Part shown: one piece after another, positions 10,422 to 18,652 of the stretch | How the letters are laid out: the number at the start of each line of letters is the position of its first letter | How positions within the stretch are numbered: position 1 is the first letter of the stretch | NCBI GenBank assembly: GCA_040902205.1 | Contig: JBBDXR010000033.1 | Coordinates: 69,673-133,672 of the forward strand | Direction: 5' to 3' | Length of the DNA: 64,000 nt | Source: Anaerolineales bacterium | Lineage (GTDB): Bacteria; Chloroflexota; Anaerolineae; Anaerolineales; UBA11579 | The notes under the pieces: generated by a model | The model's database searches: none | Seen by the model: only the letters and a program-made list of their open reading frames with translations | What the model was told of the DNA's origin: nothing | Translations under genes and position numbers: made by a program

Positions 10422-11048
10422 ATGGCTACTACATTCGTACTCACCATGCAAAATGGCCCAACTCCGGGCCAGCGCACTGAATTGGCGCGCCGCAATCTTC
10501 TGCTAGGCCGCGATCCGGCTAGCGACCTGCCCATCGACGACGTGGAGGTCTCTCGCCGCCACGCGCGCCTCATCGCCCAGAGCGGCGGCTACGCCATCGA
10601 AGACCTGGGGTCCATGAACGGGACCTTCGTCAACGATGAGCGCATCAGTACGGTGATCACTTTGAAACCCGGGGACCGAGTCAGGTTTGGCGACGAGGTT
10701 ACCTTTATTTACGAAGCCCTGGCTGCCGACGAAGCCGAGACCAATGCATTCCCGGTCGAGCCATCCGCGCCGCGGCCAGCCGTTGCTCGCCCGGCTTCGA
10801 AGGTGCCCGCGGCCCCCGAAGTAGTAGTGCCTGCCCCGACCGACCTGTCCGCCGAAGATTCTTTGCCTTCTCGGCGCCGCGCCCGCCGCGCCGGGTTGCG
10901 GCTGCCCTTGTTTACACAACCCTGGATGATGGTGGTGGGCGTGGTGGTGCTGCTGGGCCTGTGCGCTACGATCTTCCTCTTGTGGTACATCGACGCTAAT
11001 TTACTGTGGTGCGATGTGTTCGGCGGCCTGATCCCTGCCTGCCCGTAA
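10422..11048 (+). CDS. FHA domain protein with C-terminal TM anchor
   Basis: ATG at 10422. FHA core LLLGRDP..DLPIDDVEVSRRHARL..YAIEDLGSMNGTFVN. Pro/Ala linker, then TM helix WMMVVGVVVLLGLCATIFLLWYI. Confidence 0.8.
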   Translation: MATTFVLTMQNGPTPGQRTELARRNLLLGRDPASDLPIDDVEVSRRHARLIAQSGGYAIEDLGSMNGTFVNDERISTVITLKPGDRVRFGDEVTFIYEALAADEAETNAFPVEPSAPRPAVARPASKVPAAPEVVVPAPTDLSAEDSLPSRRRARRAGLRLPLFTQPWMMVVGVVVLLGLCATIFLLWYIDANLLWCDVFGGLIPACP

Positions 11049-11081
11049 CGCTACACAGAGATATAACAGTAATAAGGAAAG

Positions 11082-11107
11082 AAGCCCCGAATGATTCGGG
11101 GCTTTTG
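11082..11107 (+). terminator. rho-independent terminator after the FHA gene
   Basis: Hairpin AAGCCCCGAA-TGA-TTCGGGGCTT followed by TTTG. Confidence 0.7.
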
Positions 11108-11186
11108 TCTACAGCCGGGGAAGTCAAACTGGTTACAATTTGCAGGCTTAGCTATTTCCTGCTTTCACTGCCTGCTGGAGGCCTGA

Positions 11187-12260
11187 ATGGGTCATCTTTT
11201 TATTCCCGGTCCTGTGGATGTCAACGAAGAAATCGCTGCGGCGCAGACGCGGCCCATGTTGGCGCATCGCAGCGCCCAGTTCGAAGAGATCTTCCGCCGC
11301 TGTGGCGATAACGCCCGCCAGCTCTTCTACACCCAGCACCGCGTGTTCATCAGCGCCTCCTCGGGCACCGGCTTCCACGAGGCCGCCGTGCGCTGCCTGG
11401 TACAGCAGCGCGTGCTGGCCTGCGTGAACGGCGCCTTCGCCGCTCGCTGGCAGCAGGTGGCCGAGACCAACGGCAAAGAGACCGACGTCCTGGAAACCGA
11501 ATGGAAGCAGCCCATCACCCCTGAATTGGTGCGCGACGCGCTTAAGAAAAAGGACTATGAAGCCATTCTGGTCGTGCACAACGAAACGTCCACCGGGCTG
11601 GTGAATCCGATCCAGGACATCGCCGCGGTCGTTCACGAAGTGAGCCCGGCGACTTTGATCTGCGTGGACGCGGTCTCCTCGCTGGCCGGTGACAAGATCG
11701 AGATGGACGCCTGGGGCCTCGATTTCGTGCTCACCTCTTCGCAGAAGGCCATTGCCCTGCCGCCGGGCCTCTCGCTGGCCGCGGTCAACGACCGCGCCAT
11801 GCAGAAGGCGGAGACCGTGAAGGCGCGCGGCTGGTACTTCGATCTGGTCCGCATGGAAAAACACCGCATCAAGGATTCCACCCCCGCCACGCCGGCCATC
11901 AGCCTGGTATATGCGCTGGATATGCAGTTGCAGCGCATCCTGCAAGAGGGCCTGCCGGCGCGCTTTGCGCGCCACGCCGCCATGGCGGACCTGGCACAGA
12001 AGTGGGCGCTCGAACGCGGCCTGCAGCTCTACGCCCCCGAAGGCTACCGCTCCAAGACGGTGACCACGATCGACAATACGCGCGGCATCGATGTGGGCAA
12101 GCTGAACGCCTTCCTTGGCGAACGCGGCATGCGCATCGCCAACGGCTACGGTCCGCTGAAAGGCAAAACGTTCCGCATCGGCCACATGGGGGAATTGGGC
12201 TTGAGCGATGTGGAAGAACTGCTTAGCGTCATGGACGAATTCCTGGAGGCAACGAAATAG
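11187..12260 (+). CDS. class V aminotransferase (serine-glyoxylate/alanine-glyoxylate or phosphoserine type)
   Basis: 357-aa ORF. N-terminus LFIPGPVDV; SSQKAIALPPG (PLP-Lys region); C-terminal TFRIGHMG. Confidence 0.85.
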   Translation: MGHLFIPGPVDVNEEIAAAQTRPMLAHRSAQFEEIFRRCGDNARQLFYTQHRVFISASSGTGFHEAAVRCLVQQRVLACVNGAFAARWQQVAETNGKETDVLETEWKQPITPELVRDALKKKDYEAILVVHNETSTGLVNPIQDIAAVVHEVSPATLICVDAVSSLAGDKIEMDAWGLDFVLTSSQKAIALPPGLSLAAVNDRAMQKAETVKARGWYFDLVRMEKHRIKDSTPATPAISLVYALDMQLQRILQEGLPARFARHAAMADLAQKWALERGLQLYAPEGYRSKTVTTIDNTRGIDVGKLNAFLGERGMRIANGYGPLKGKTFRIGHMGELGLSDVEELLSVMDEFLEATK

Positions 12261-12324
12261 GGTTCTGCAGCTAGAAAGGGGCAGCTTTCCGACCTCTGTC
12301 CCTGGTTAAGGTGACAGAATCCCA

Positions 12325-12349
12325 TTGTGAAAAGTGGGACAATGGACAA
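12325..12349 (+). promoter_or_regulatory. Rex-box-like operator TTGTGAA-AAGT-GGGACAA followed by a second TGGACAA
   Basis: Read directly from the sequence, 71-95 nt upstream of the ATG at 12420. It lies inside the perfect inverted repeat CCATTGT(12322-12328)/ACAATGG(12339-12345). The Rex consensus TTGTGAA-N4-TTCACAA is from the literature. Confidence 0.4.
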
Positions 12350-12419
12350 AAGACAGGCAAATGAGGGGGCAAGCGACCAATGCACATCTAAGGTTTGGCA
12401 GGGATAATCGACCAAAGGC

Positions 12420-13715
12420 ATGAATACCAAGTTGCAAACCTTATACGACGACAAGCTGGTCACGGCCGAAGAGGCCGTCCAGGTTATCCAGTCCAATTCC
12501 CGCGTCTACCTGGGGGGTGGGGCCGGCGTGCCACAGGTGCTGGAGCGCGCCATGGCCGCCCGCGGCCCGCAGCTCGAAAACGTCGAAGTAGTCCATGTCC
12601 TCACCTTCGCCGGCGGCGAGTATCTGGATGCCAAGTACGCCAGGAGCTTCCGCCACCGGGCCTTGTTCACGGGGGCCAACGCCCGCGAGGCCATAAATTC
12701 CGGCCGTGCCGATTACGTGCCGGTCTTTCTCTCCGAAGTCCCCGGGCTGTTCAAAAGCCGTGTCCTTTCCATCGATGTCGCTCTGATCCAGGTCTCGCCT
12801 CCCGACGGCCACGGCTTCTGCTCCTATGGCATCGAGGTAGGCGTCACCAAGCCCGCCGCCGAGAGCGCCAAACATCTCATCGCCGAGATCAATCCCCAGA
12901 TGCCGCGCGTCCTGGGAGATTCCTTCATTCACCTTAGCCGCATCGATCAAGTGGTCGAAGTTGATTACCTGCTGCCCGAAACAGGCTCCAATTCCATCAC
13001 CGCCGAGCACGAACAGATCGCCGAGCTGGTTGCGGAACTAGTGCCAGACGAAGCCACGCTGCAATTAGGCATCGGCGCGCTGCCCAATGCGGTGCTCTGC
13101 AAGCTGGATCATTTACGCGATCTGGGCATCCATAGCGAGCTGTTCTCCGACGGGGTCATCGAGATGGTCGAGCGGGGCGTGATCACCAACGCCGCCAAGA
13201 CCCTGCACCCCGGCAAGATCATCGCCGGCTTTGCCTTTGGCTCGCAACGTTTCTACCAGTTCATGCACGACAATGCCATGATCGAGATGCACCCCACGGA
13301 TTACGTGAACGACCCGTTCGTCATTGCGCAGAACGACAAAATGGTGGCGGTCAATTCGGCCATCGAGATCGATCTAAGCGGGCAGGTGTGCGCCGACTCG
13401 ATCGGCGGAAGCATTTACAGCGGCATCGGCGGACAGGTCGACTTCATGCGCGGCGCGGCCCATTCCAAGGGAGGCAAGCCGATCATTGCCCTGCCCTCGA
13501 CGGCCAAAGGCGGGATCTCGCGCATCGTGCCACGCCTCAAAGATAATGCCGGCGTGGTCACCTCCCGCGGCGATATTCACTTTGTAGTCACTGAATATGG
13601 CATCGCCTCGCTGCACGGCAAGAGCCTGCGTGAGCGCGCCAATGAATTGATCCGCATTGCCCACCCGGACCATCGCGAGGAATTGCGTTATTTCGCCCGT
13701 CAACAGGGCTGGTAG
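12420..13715 (+). CDS. acetyl-CoA hydrolase/transferase family protein (4-hydroxybutyrate/succinyl-CoA:acetate CoA-transferase-like)
   Basis: 431-aa ORF. Motifs: GGGAGVPQ, LQLGIGALPNAV, SGIGGQVDFMRGA, HFVVTEYG. Confidence 0.85.
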   Translation: MNTKLQTLYDDKLVTAEEAVQVIQSNSRVYLGGGAGVPQVLERAMAARGPQLENVEVVHVLTFAGGEYLDAKYARSFRHRALFTGANAREAINSGRADYVPVFLSEVPGLFKSRVLSIDVALIQVSPPDGHGFCSYGIEVGVTKPAAESAKHLIAEINPQMPRVLGDSFIHLSRIDQVVEVDYLLPETGSNSITAEHEQIAELVAELVPDEATLQLGIGALPNAVLCKLDHLRDLGIHSELFSDGVIEMVERGVITNAAKTLHPGKIIAGFAFGSQRFYQFMHDNAMIEMHPTDYVNDPFVIAQNDKMVAVNSAIEIDLSGQVCADSIGGSIYSGIGGQVDFMRGAAHSKGGKPIIALPSTAKGGISRIVPRLKDNAGVVTSRGDIHFVVTEYGIASLHGKSLRERANELIRIAHPDHREELRYFARQQGW

Positions 13716-15095
13716 TTAAACCTGGGGAACCGCTTCCTTTTCCGCGATCGGGACGCCGAAATCGATGTGCGTCCCTTTTCCTTTCTGTGACCAGATCCTG
13801 ATCTGAGCGCCCAGAGCTTGGGCGCGTTCGCGCATATTGCGCAAGCCGTTGCCACCGGCATCCGCGCGGTCCTGCATATCGAAACCCACCCCGTCGTCGT
13901 CGATGGTCAAGTGCACTTGATCCTCCACCCGTTTCAAAGCAATATCGACATTGCGCGCATAGGCATGCTTGCGGATGTTGTTCAGGGCTTCCTGCACGAC
14001 GTAGACCATCTCGTCAGTTTGCTCAGCCGATAGACCCAACACGGTAACTTTAGGCGGAGGCGAAAAGCGCACATTCAATAAGGTGTTGGCGTGCAATTCA
14101 CGCGCCATTTGCGCCAGACTGCTGGCCAGATCCTGGCCGTGGTAGCGGCCGGTGCGCAAGCCCAGGATGTAGTTGCGCAGATCGCGCAGCACCTGGCTGA
14201 GGTCCTGGATCGAGCGGTTGATGCGCAGCTCGGCATCCTCCGGTTTTTCCTGCGTGAGGCGGCTGGCTTCCTGCAGAGAGAGTCCGGTGGCGTACACCTG
14301 CTGCATGATGCCGTCGTGCAGGGCCATGCCGAACCGCTCGCGCTCCTGCATCACCGCCAGCTCCTGAGTCTTCCGGTAAAGTTGAGCGTTCTCGATAGCG
14401 ATAGCCGCCTGGGTGGCGAACTTCTCCAGCAGCAGACAATCGGTCATATCAAAATTGAGCAGCTGCTCCCCTTCGTCGGTCGGTTCATACTTATCTGCCA
14501 CGTACAGGTTACCGAAGATGGCGCCCTTGGATTTGATCGGCACGCCTAGCAGGGATTTCATCGGGGGGTGGTTGGGCGGAAAACCCGCTGAGCGCGGGTC
14601 CTTCTGAATATCGTTGACGATCAGCGTTTTTCCGCCAGGGCTAAGTACCCCGAGCAGACCGTGTCCCTGCGGCGGGGCGCCGATGCGCGCCCGCTCCTCC
14701 TCCGTGACCCCGGAAGCGATGAATTGCCGGATGCGATTCGTTTCCGGATCTGCCACACCCAGGGCACCATATTTGGCATTCAGCAACTCGCGGCTGATAT
14801 TCACCACTTTCTGCAGCACGGCCTGCAGGTCCAGTTCGGTGGTCAGGGCCAGGGCCGCCTGGTGTAACGCTTCCAGGTGCAGGTTGAGCTGCCGGGTCTC
14901 CTCCTCGCGTTTCTCGATAATGGCAAAGAAGGCAATGGAAAAGACGATGGCGCCCAGCGCCACAGCCAGGGCCGCATACAGGTTGCCTTCAAGTTCGCGG
15001 CCTGCAGGGACGAGGTTGAAGCGCGCGTAAAGGACGCCGGCCATATACAGCACGGGTAGGACGACGGACATCCACTTGAGCCGGCGCGTCGTCAT
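13716..15095 (-). CDS. GAF-domain sensor histidine kinase (HisKA_3/NarL-partner type)
   Basis: Two N-terminal TM helices and a GAF region. H-box [15 protein letters not shown]. ATPase N and G boxes EALNNIRKH and [18 protein letters not shown]. Confidence 0.85.
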   Translation of the reverse strand: MTTRRLKWMSVVLPVLYMAGVLYARFNLVPAGRELEGNLYAALAVALGAIVFSIAFFAIIEKREEETRQLNLHLEALHQAALALTTELDLQAVLQKVVNISRELLNAKYGALGVADPETNRIRQFIASGVTEEERARIGAPPQGHGLLGVLSPGGKTLIVNDIQKDPRSAGFPPNHPPMKSLLGVPIKSKGAIFGNLYVADKYEPTDEGEQLLNFDMTDCLLLEKFATQAAIAIENAQLYRKTQELAVMQERERFGMALHDGIMQQVYATGLSLQEASRLTQEKPEDAELRINRSIQDLSQVLRDLRNYILGLRTGRYHGQDLASSLAQMARELHANTLLNVRFSPPPKVTVLGLSAEQTDEMVYVVQEALNNIRKHAYARNVDIALKRVEDQVHLTIDDDGVGFDMQDRADAGGNGLRNMRERAQALGAQIRIWSQKGKGTHIDFGVPIAEKEAVPQV

Positions 15096-15163
15096 GGCGA
15101 ATACGCCCCCATGCTATAATCTTCCACAGCCAAAATTATACTTGCGCTCATTCGGCCAAACTA

Positions 15164-15823
15164 ATGCTAAAAATACTGCTCGTTGACGATCATGAAGTGG
15201 TGCGCCTGGGGCTCAAATCGCTCTTGTCGCATTACCCGAAATTCGAAGTGGTGGCCGAGGCGGGCAATGCCGATGAGGCCATTCGCCTGGCCGATGAATA
15301 CAAGCCCGACGTGGTGGTGATGGATATCCGCCTGCCGGGCAAAAGCGGCATCGAAGCCACCCGCGAGATCACCGGCAAGCACTCCAAGACCAAGGTGATC
15401 ATGCTCACCACCTTCGCCGATGACGAACTCCTGTTCGATGCCATTTCCGCCGGGGCTTCCGGATACGTGCTGAAGCAGATCGACAGCGGCGAGTTGATCA
15501 ATGCCCTGGAGCGCATCGGGCGCGGTGAGTCCCTGTTGGACCCCGCGGTGACCCAGCAGGTGTTCAAGCGCATGCGCGAAAGCACGCGGCGCGCCGAGAC
15601 CGAAGCCTTCTCTCCACTTACCGAGCAGGAGTTGAAAGTGCTGGCCTTGGTGGCGCAAGGCAAACGCAACAAAGAGATCGCCGCCGAGGTGTTCTTGAGT
15701 GAAAAGACGGTGCGCAACTATGTGAGCTCGATCTTGAGCAAGCTGGGGCTGGCCACGCGCTCGGAAGCCGCGGCTTACGCTGTCAAGCATCACATCGAGA
15801 ATTTCACCGCAGAAGAGAAATAG
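15164..15823 (+). CDS. NarL/LuxR-family response regulator
   Basis: Receiver domain [21 protein letters not shown] plus a C-terminal [38 protein letters not shown]. Divergent from the kinase gene. Confidence 0.9.
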   Translation: MLKILLVDDHEVVRLGLKSLLSHYPKFEVVAEAGNADEAIRLADEYKPDVVVMDIRLPGKSGIEATREITGKHSKTKVIMLTTFADDELLFDAISAGASGYVLKQIDSGELINALERIGRGESLLDPAVTQQVFKRMRESTRRAETEAFSPLTEQELKVLALVAQGKRNKEIAAEVFLSEKTVRNYVSSILSKLGLATRSEAAAYAVKHHIENFTAEEK

Positions 15824-15831
15824 GAGAATCG

Positions 15832-16233
15832 ATGGAAAGCATGTGGATCGTTCGGTTGGCCGTCAACGCCGTGGCCCTGTGGGCCGCCATTACCATTGTG
15901 CCCGGGCTGCAAGGCGCTGTCGTTGAAGGAAATTGGGTCACCTACGTTCTGCTGGGTCTGATCTTTGGCGTCATCAACGTGTTCATCCGCCCCATTCTGA
16001 AGCTCATCACCTGCCCGTTCTATATCCTCACCCTGGGCCTGTTCAGCCTGATCGTCAACGCCATCTTGTTTGCGCTCACCTTCTATATCGGGGCGAGTCT
16101 CAATCTAACCACTTACACCGGCGCTTTCTGGGATTACTTCCTGGGCGCGCTGGTTGTCAGCCTCGTGAGCGTTCTGCTCTACGCCGTCATTCCGGATGAC
16201 CGTCCGCCTTCTTCGGTTAAACGGCCGTCATAG
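15832..16233 (+). CDS. 4-TM membrane protein, 'phage holin family IV'-type (PF04020-like), function unknown
   Basis: 133-aa ORF starting 8 nt after the regulator stop. Motif LAVNAVALWAAITIVPG and four hydrophobic helices. Confidence 0.7.
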   Translation: MESMWIVRLAVNAVALWAAITIVPGLQGAVVEGNWVTYVLLGLIFGVINVFIRPILKLITCPFYILTLGLFSLIVNAILFALTFYIGASLNLTTYTGAFWDYFLGALVVSLVSVLLYAVIPDDRPPSSVKRPS

Positions 16234-16250
16234 CCATCGGTTGCATAATA

Positions 16251-16277
16251 AAGAGCGCCCGTGGGCGCTCTTTTGTT
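16251..16277. terminator. bidirectional rho-independent terminator
   Basis: AGAGCGCC-CGTG-GGCGCTCT flanked by AATAAA and TTTGTTT, between convergent genes. Confidence 0.7.
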
Positions 16278-16312
16278 TGGCGTCGTGCTCGCAGCGCGGC
16301 GCTTTCAATCAG

Positions 16313-16723
16313 TTACCCCAACAGCCTTTCGTGGTCCACCATGATGCAGCGGTCCATGATCATCTGCAGGCCGGCGGCCTCGGCTTTCTCGGCCGCAGCC
16401 TGGTCAAAGACGCCCAGCTGCGTCCAGATGGCTTTTGCCCGCGCGGCAATGGCTTGGTCCACCACTTCGGCCAAATATTCCGAGCGGCGGAAGACGTCGA
16501 CGATGTCGATCGGCTCCGGCACAGCGGCCAGGTCCGCATAGCAAGGCTGCCCATCGATCTCCTGGACGGTGGGATTGACCGCGTAGACCGTGTAGCCCGC
16601 GCGGCGCAGGTAATTCGCAATTCGATAACTGGTGCGCTGTGGCTTATCGGAATGGCCCACCACGGCGATCACGCGCGCTTCTTTCAACAAGGCGCGAAGA
16701 TCCTCAGGCTTGTTTAGTGTCAT
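16313..16723 (-). CDS. CoA-binding domain protein (YccU/YneT-like)
   Basis: 136-aa ORF. Motifs: IAVVGHSDKPQRTSY, GYTVYAVNP, VDVFRRSE, WTQLG. Confidence 0.8.
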   Translation of the reverse strand: MTLNKPEDLRALLKEARVIAVVGHSDKPQRTSYRIANYLRRAGYTVYAVNPTVQEIDGQPCYADLAAVPEPIDIVDVFRRSEYLAEVVDQAIAARAKAIWTQLGVFDQAAAEKAEAAGLQMIMDRCIMVDHERLLG

Positions 16724-16729
16724 AGGCTC

Positions 16730-17701
16730 CTAACGATCGACCCACGGATACGACATCCAGATCAGCGTGCGGGCGGCGCGGTAACCGGCGCCTTCGAAGG
16801 CGGCTTGCGCCTGCCCGCCCGGGTAGTTCAACGCCAGGGTGCGGCCCGGCCGCAGGCGGGCGTAAGCGGTCAAGGCCGGGATCACCGCGGCTTCCTGCTG
16901 CGGGTCGGCGGCCAACCACAAGCGGTCGGTTTCAAGGGATGAGGACTGCCAGGAAAGAACGCCCAGTAGTTCGCCATCGCGCCGCGCGCTCCACTGCTGC
17001 ACCCGGCGTTCACCGAAGGCGCGCTCCAGCGCCCCGCGCCAGCCGGGCTGCAAAAGGTTCAGGTTCAAGGGAAGTTGCCAGCGCACGTCTGCTGGGTAGC
17101 TGGCTTGCAGCCAGCGCTTCTGCGCCGGCCAATCCGCGGGACGGCGCAAGCGGACGTCGAGATCCGCGGGAACGGGAAGTTCCGCCTCGCGCCTGGCGTA
17201 CAACCGCCAAGAGGTGCGGCGCATCCTTTCGGTGAAACCCATGCCGCGATACAGATCCACCGCCGCGAGATTCTTCTCGTCCACTTGCAGCCAGGTTTCC
17301 GGCCTGCCGCGTCGTTCGGCCTCCTGCAGGGCAGCCAGGGTCAGTTCTCGGGCGATGCCGCGCCTCCGGTGATCGGGGTGCACCGCCACATTGGCGATGA
17401 GGTAAAGACGCCGACCCTCGTAACGATGAGGCACCAGGCTAAGGTTGCCCACCAGCTTTTCGTTCTCCACCCACACGTAGCCGCCCAGGGAGGCTTCGCT
17501 CTGCGCGCCGTACGCATCCAGGGTGGGGATGCCGCGAGCGGCGTTGCGCATTTGGCGAATGTAGAGCCGGCCGTCGGCGTCCAGCGTGTCGGCAAAGCAC
17601 AACTCGACCAGGTCGGCCACCGCCAGCAGATCCCCGCGCAGGTCGAACGGGCGCAATTTGCGCGGAGCTGAACCCGGTAGCACTACAGCTTGTGCGTTCA
17701 T
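16730..17701 (-). CDS. GNAT-family N-acetyltransferase (two GNAT-like halves)
   Basis: ATG at 17701; the track start at 17716 is TTG. Acetyl-CoA motif VHPDHRRRGIARELT. Confidence 0.7.
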   Translation of the reverse strand: MNAQAVVLPGSAPRKLRPFDLRGDLLAVADLVELCFADTLDADGRLYIRQMRNAARGIPTLDAYGAQSEASLGGYVWVENEKLVGNLSLVPHRYEGRRLYLIANVAVHPDHRRRGIARELTLAALQEAERRGRPETWLQVDEKNLAAVDLYRGMGFTERMRRTSWRLYARREAELPVPADLDVRLRRPADWPAQKRWLQASYPADVRWQLPLNLNLLQPGWRGALERAFGERRVQQWSARRDGELLGVLSWQSSSLETDRLWLAADPQQEAAVIPALTAYARLRPGRTLALNYPGGQAQAAFEGAGYRAARTLIWMSYPWVDR

Positions 17702-17748
17702 CTTATTGGCAATCAATTATAGTTCGCCGCTGATATAATTTTTTCTAC

Positions 17749-18564
17749 ATGAAGACCACCCTGCCTCGCGTACTAGGCGCCGTCCTGCTCGCCATCTTTC
17801 TGGCTGGCTTCCTCTTGCTGGCCAACAGCGGCACAGCGCTAGCCCTGCAGGCTACACCGGAGGCTATGCCGCCTGCGGGTGCGGATGGCCGCATCCTTTA
17901 CACGGTGCTGGCGGGAGATTCACAGTGGAGCATTGCCGCCAAGTTCGGCATCGACTTGGTCACCCTGCAAAATCTGAATAATTGGACCGGGAATGAGGTC
18001 CTGGTGGAGAACCAGGTCATTTTGCTGGGGCTGGCCACCCAGCAGGAGGCCACGCCTACTCCCACTTCGGAAGTTGTGGCCACCAACACCCCGGAGGCCA
18101 CCGGCACGGGCAGCATCTGCGTGCTGCTGTTTGACGATGTGAACGGCGACGCGCTGCGCGCTGAGACCGAGGTCGGCATCGCCGACGGCCAGGCCAGCGT
18201 CAACGAACGAAGCGGCAAAGCCTCGCGCACCTCGGCCACGGTTTCGGCACTGGATGAAGACGGCGAACCGGTGCGCACCTGCTTCGATGAGCTCCCCTTG
18301 GGAGACTACACCGTAAGCATCGCGCTCCCCGCGGGGTACAACCCCACCACCGCTCGCGATCGCCAACTGCAGATCACGCGCGGCGGCGAGGTCCAGACCG
18401 TGAATTTCGGCGCCCAGGCCGGGGGTGACTCGGCGGGCGGTTCCGGCTTCCTCTCCCTGGAGCAAGGCGGCCGTTCCCCACTGGCCGGTCTGCTGGGGAT
18501 CGTCTTGCTGTTGGGCGGCGCGGGGCTGGGTTTCTATACTCTGCAGCTTTCCCGCCGCCGGTAG
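17749..18564 (+). CDS. secreted LysM-domain protein with C-terminal TM anchor
   Basis: Signal/TM helix AVLLAIFLAGFLLLA. LysM block YTVLAGDSQWSIAAKFGIDLVTLQNLNNW. C-terminal helix LLGIVLLLGGAGLGFYTL. Confidence 0.75.
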   Translation: MKTTLPRVLGAVLLAIFLAGFLLLANSGTALALQATPEAMPPAGADGRILYTVLAGDSQWSIAAKFGIDLVTLQNLNNWTGNEVLVENQVILLGLATQQEATPTPTSEVVATNTPEATGTGSICVLLFDDVNGDALRAETEVGIADGQASVNERSGKASRTSATVSALDEDGEPVRTCFDELPLGDYTVSIALPAGYNPTTARDRQLQITRGGEVQTVNFGAQAGGDSAGGSGFLSLEQGGRSPLAGLLGIVLLLGGAGLGFYTLQLSRRR

Positions 18565-18583
18565 GTTCCACGTCATCACATAG

Positions 18584-18609
18584 TGTACGGGCAGGTCTCA
18601 AACCTGCCC
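18584..18609 (+). repeat. repeat family B variant (TGTACGGGCAGGTCTCAAACCTGCCC), doubles as terminator hairpin
   Basis: Stem GGGCAGGT/ACCTGCCC followed by CTTTGTGTTTG. Confidence 0.6.
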
Positions 18610-18652
18610 CTTTGTGTTTGATGCAATAGGCGCACGTATATAATGGGCGGCA

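Noticed and set aside
15832-16233. The 'phage holin' family protein as evidence of a prophage.
   Set aside because: There are no other phage genes (terminase, capsid, integrase, endolysin) nearby. The gene is embedded in a two-component operon with host-like GC, and the family is widespread in non-phage contexts.
18565-18652. T-box leader upstream of glyQS (the B. subtilis glyQS T-box is the textbook example).
   Set aside because: The spacer is only 88 nt. It is occupied by a terminator hairpin and a -10 box 9 nt from the ATG, which leaves no room for stem I, a specifier loop or the T-box sequence.
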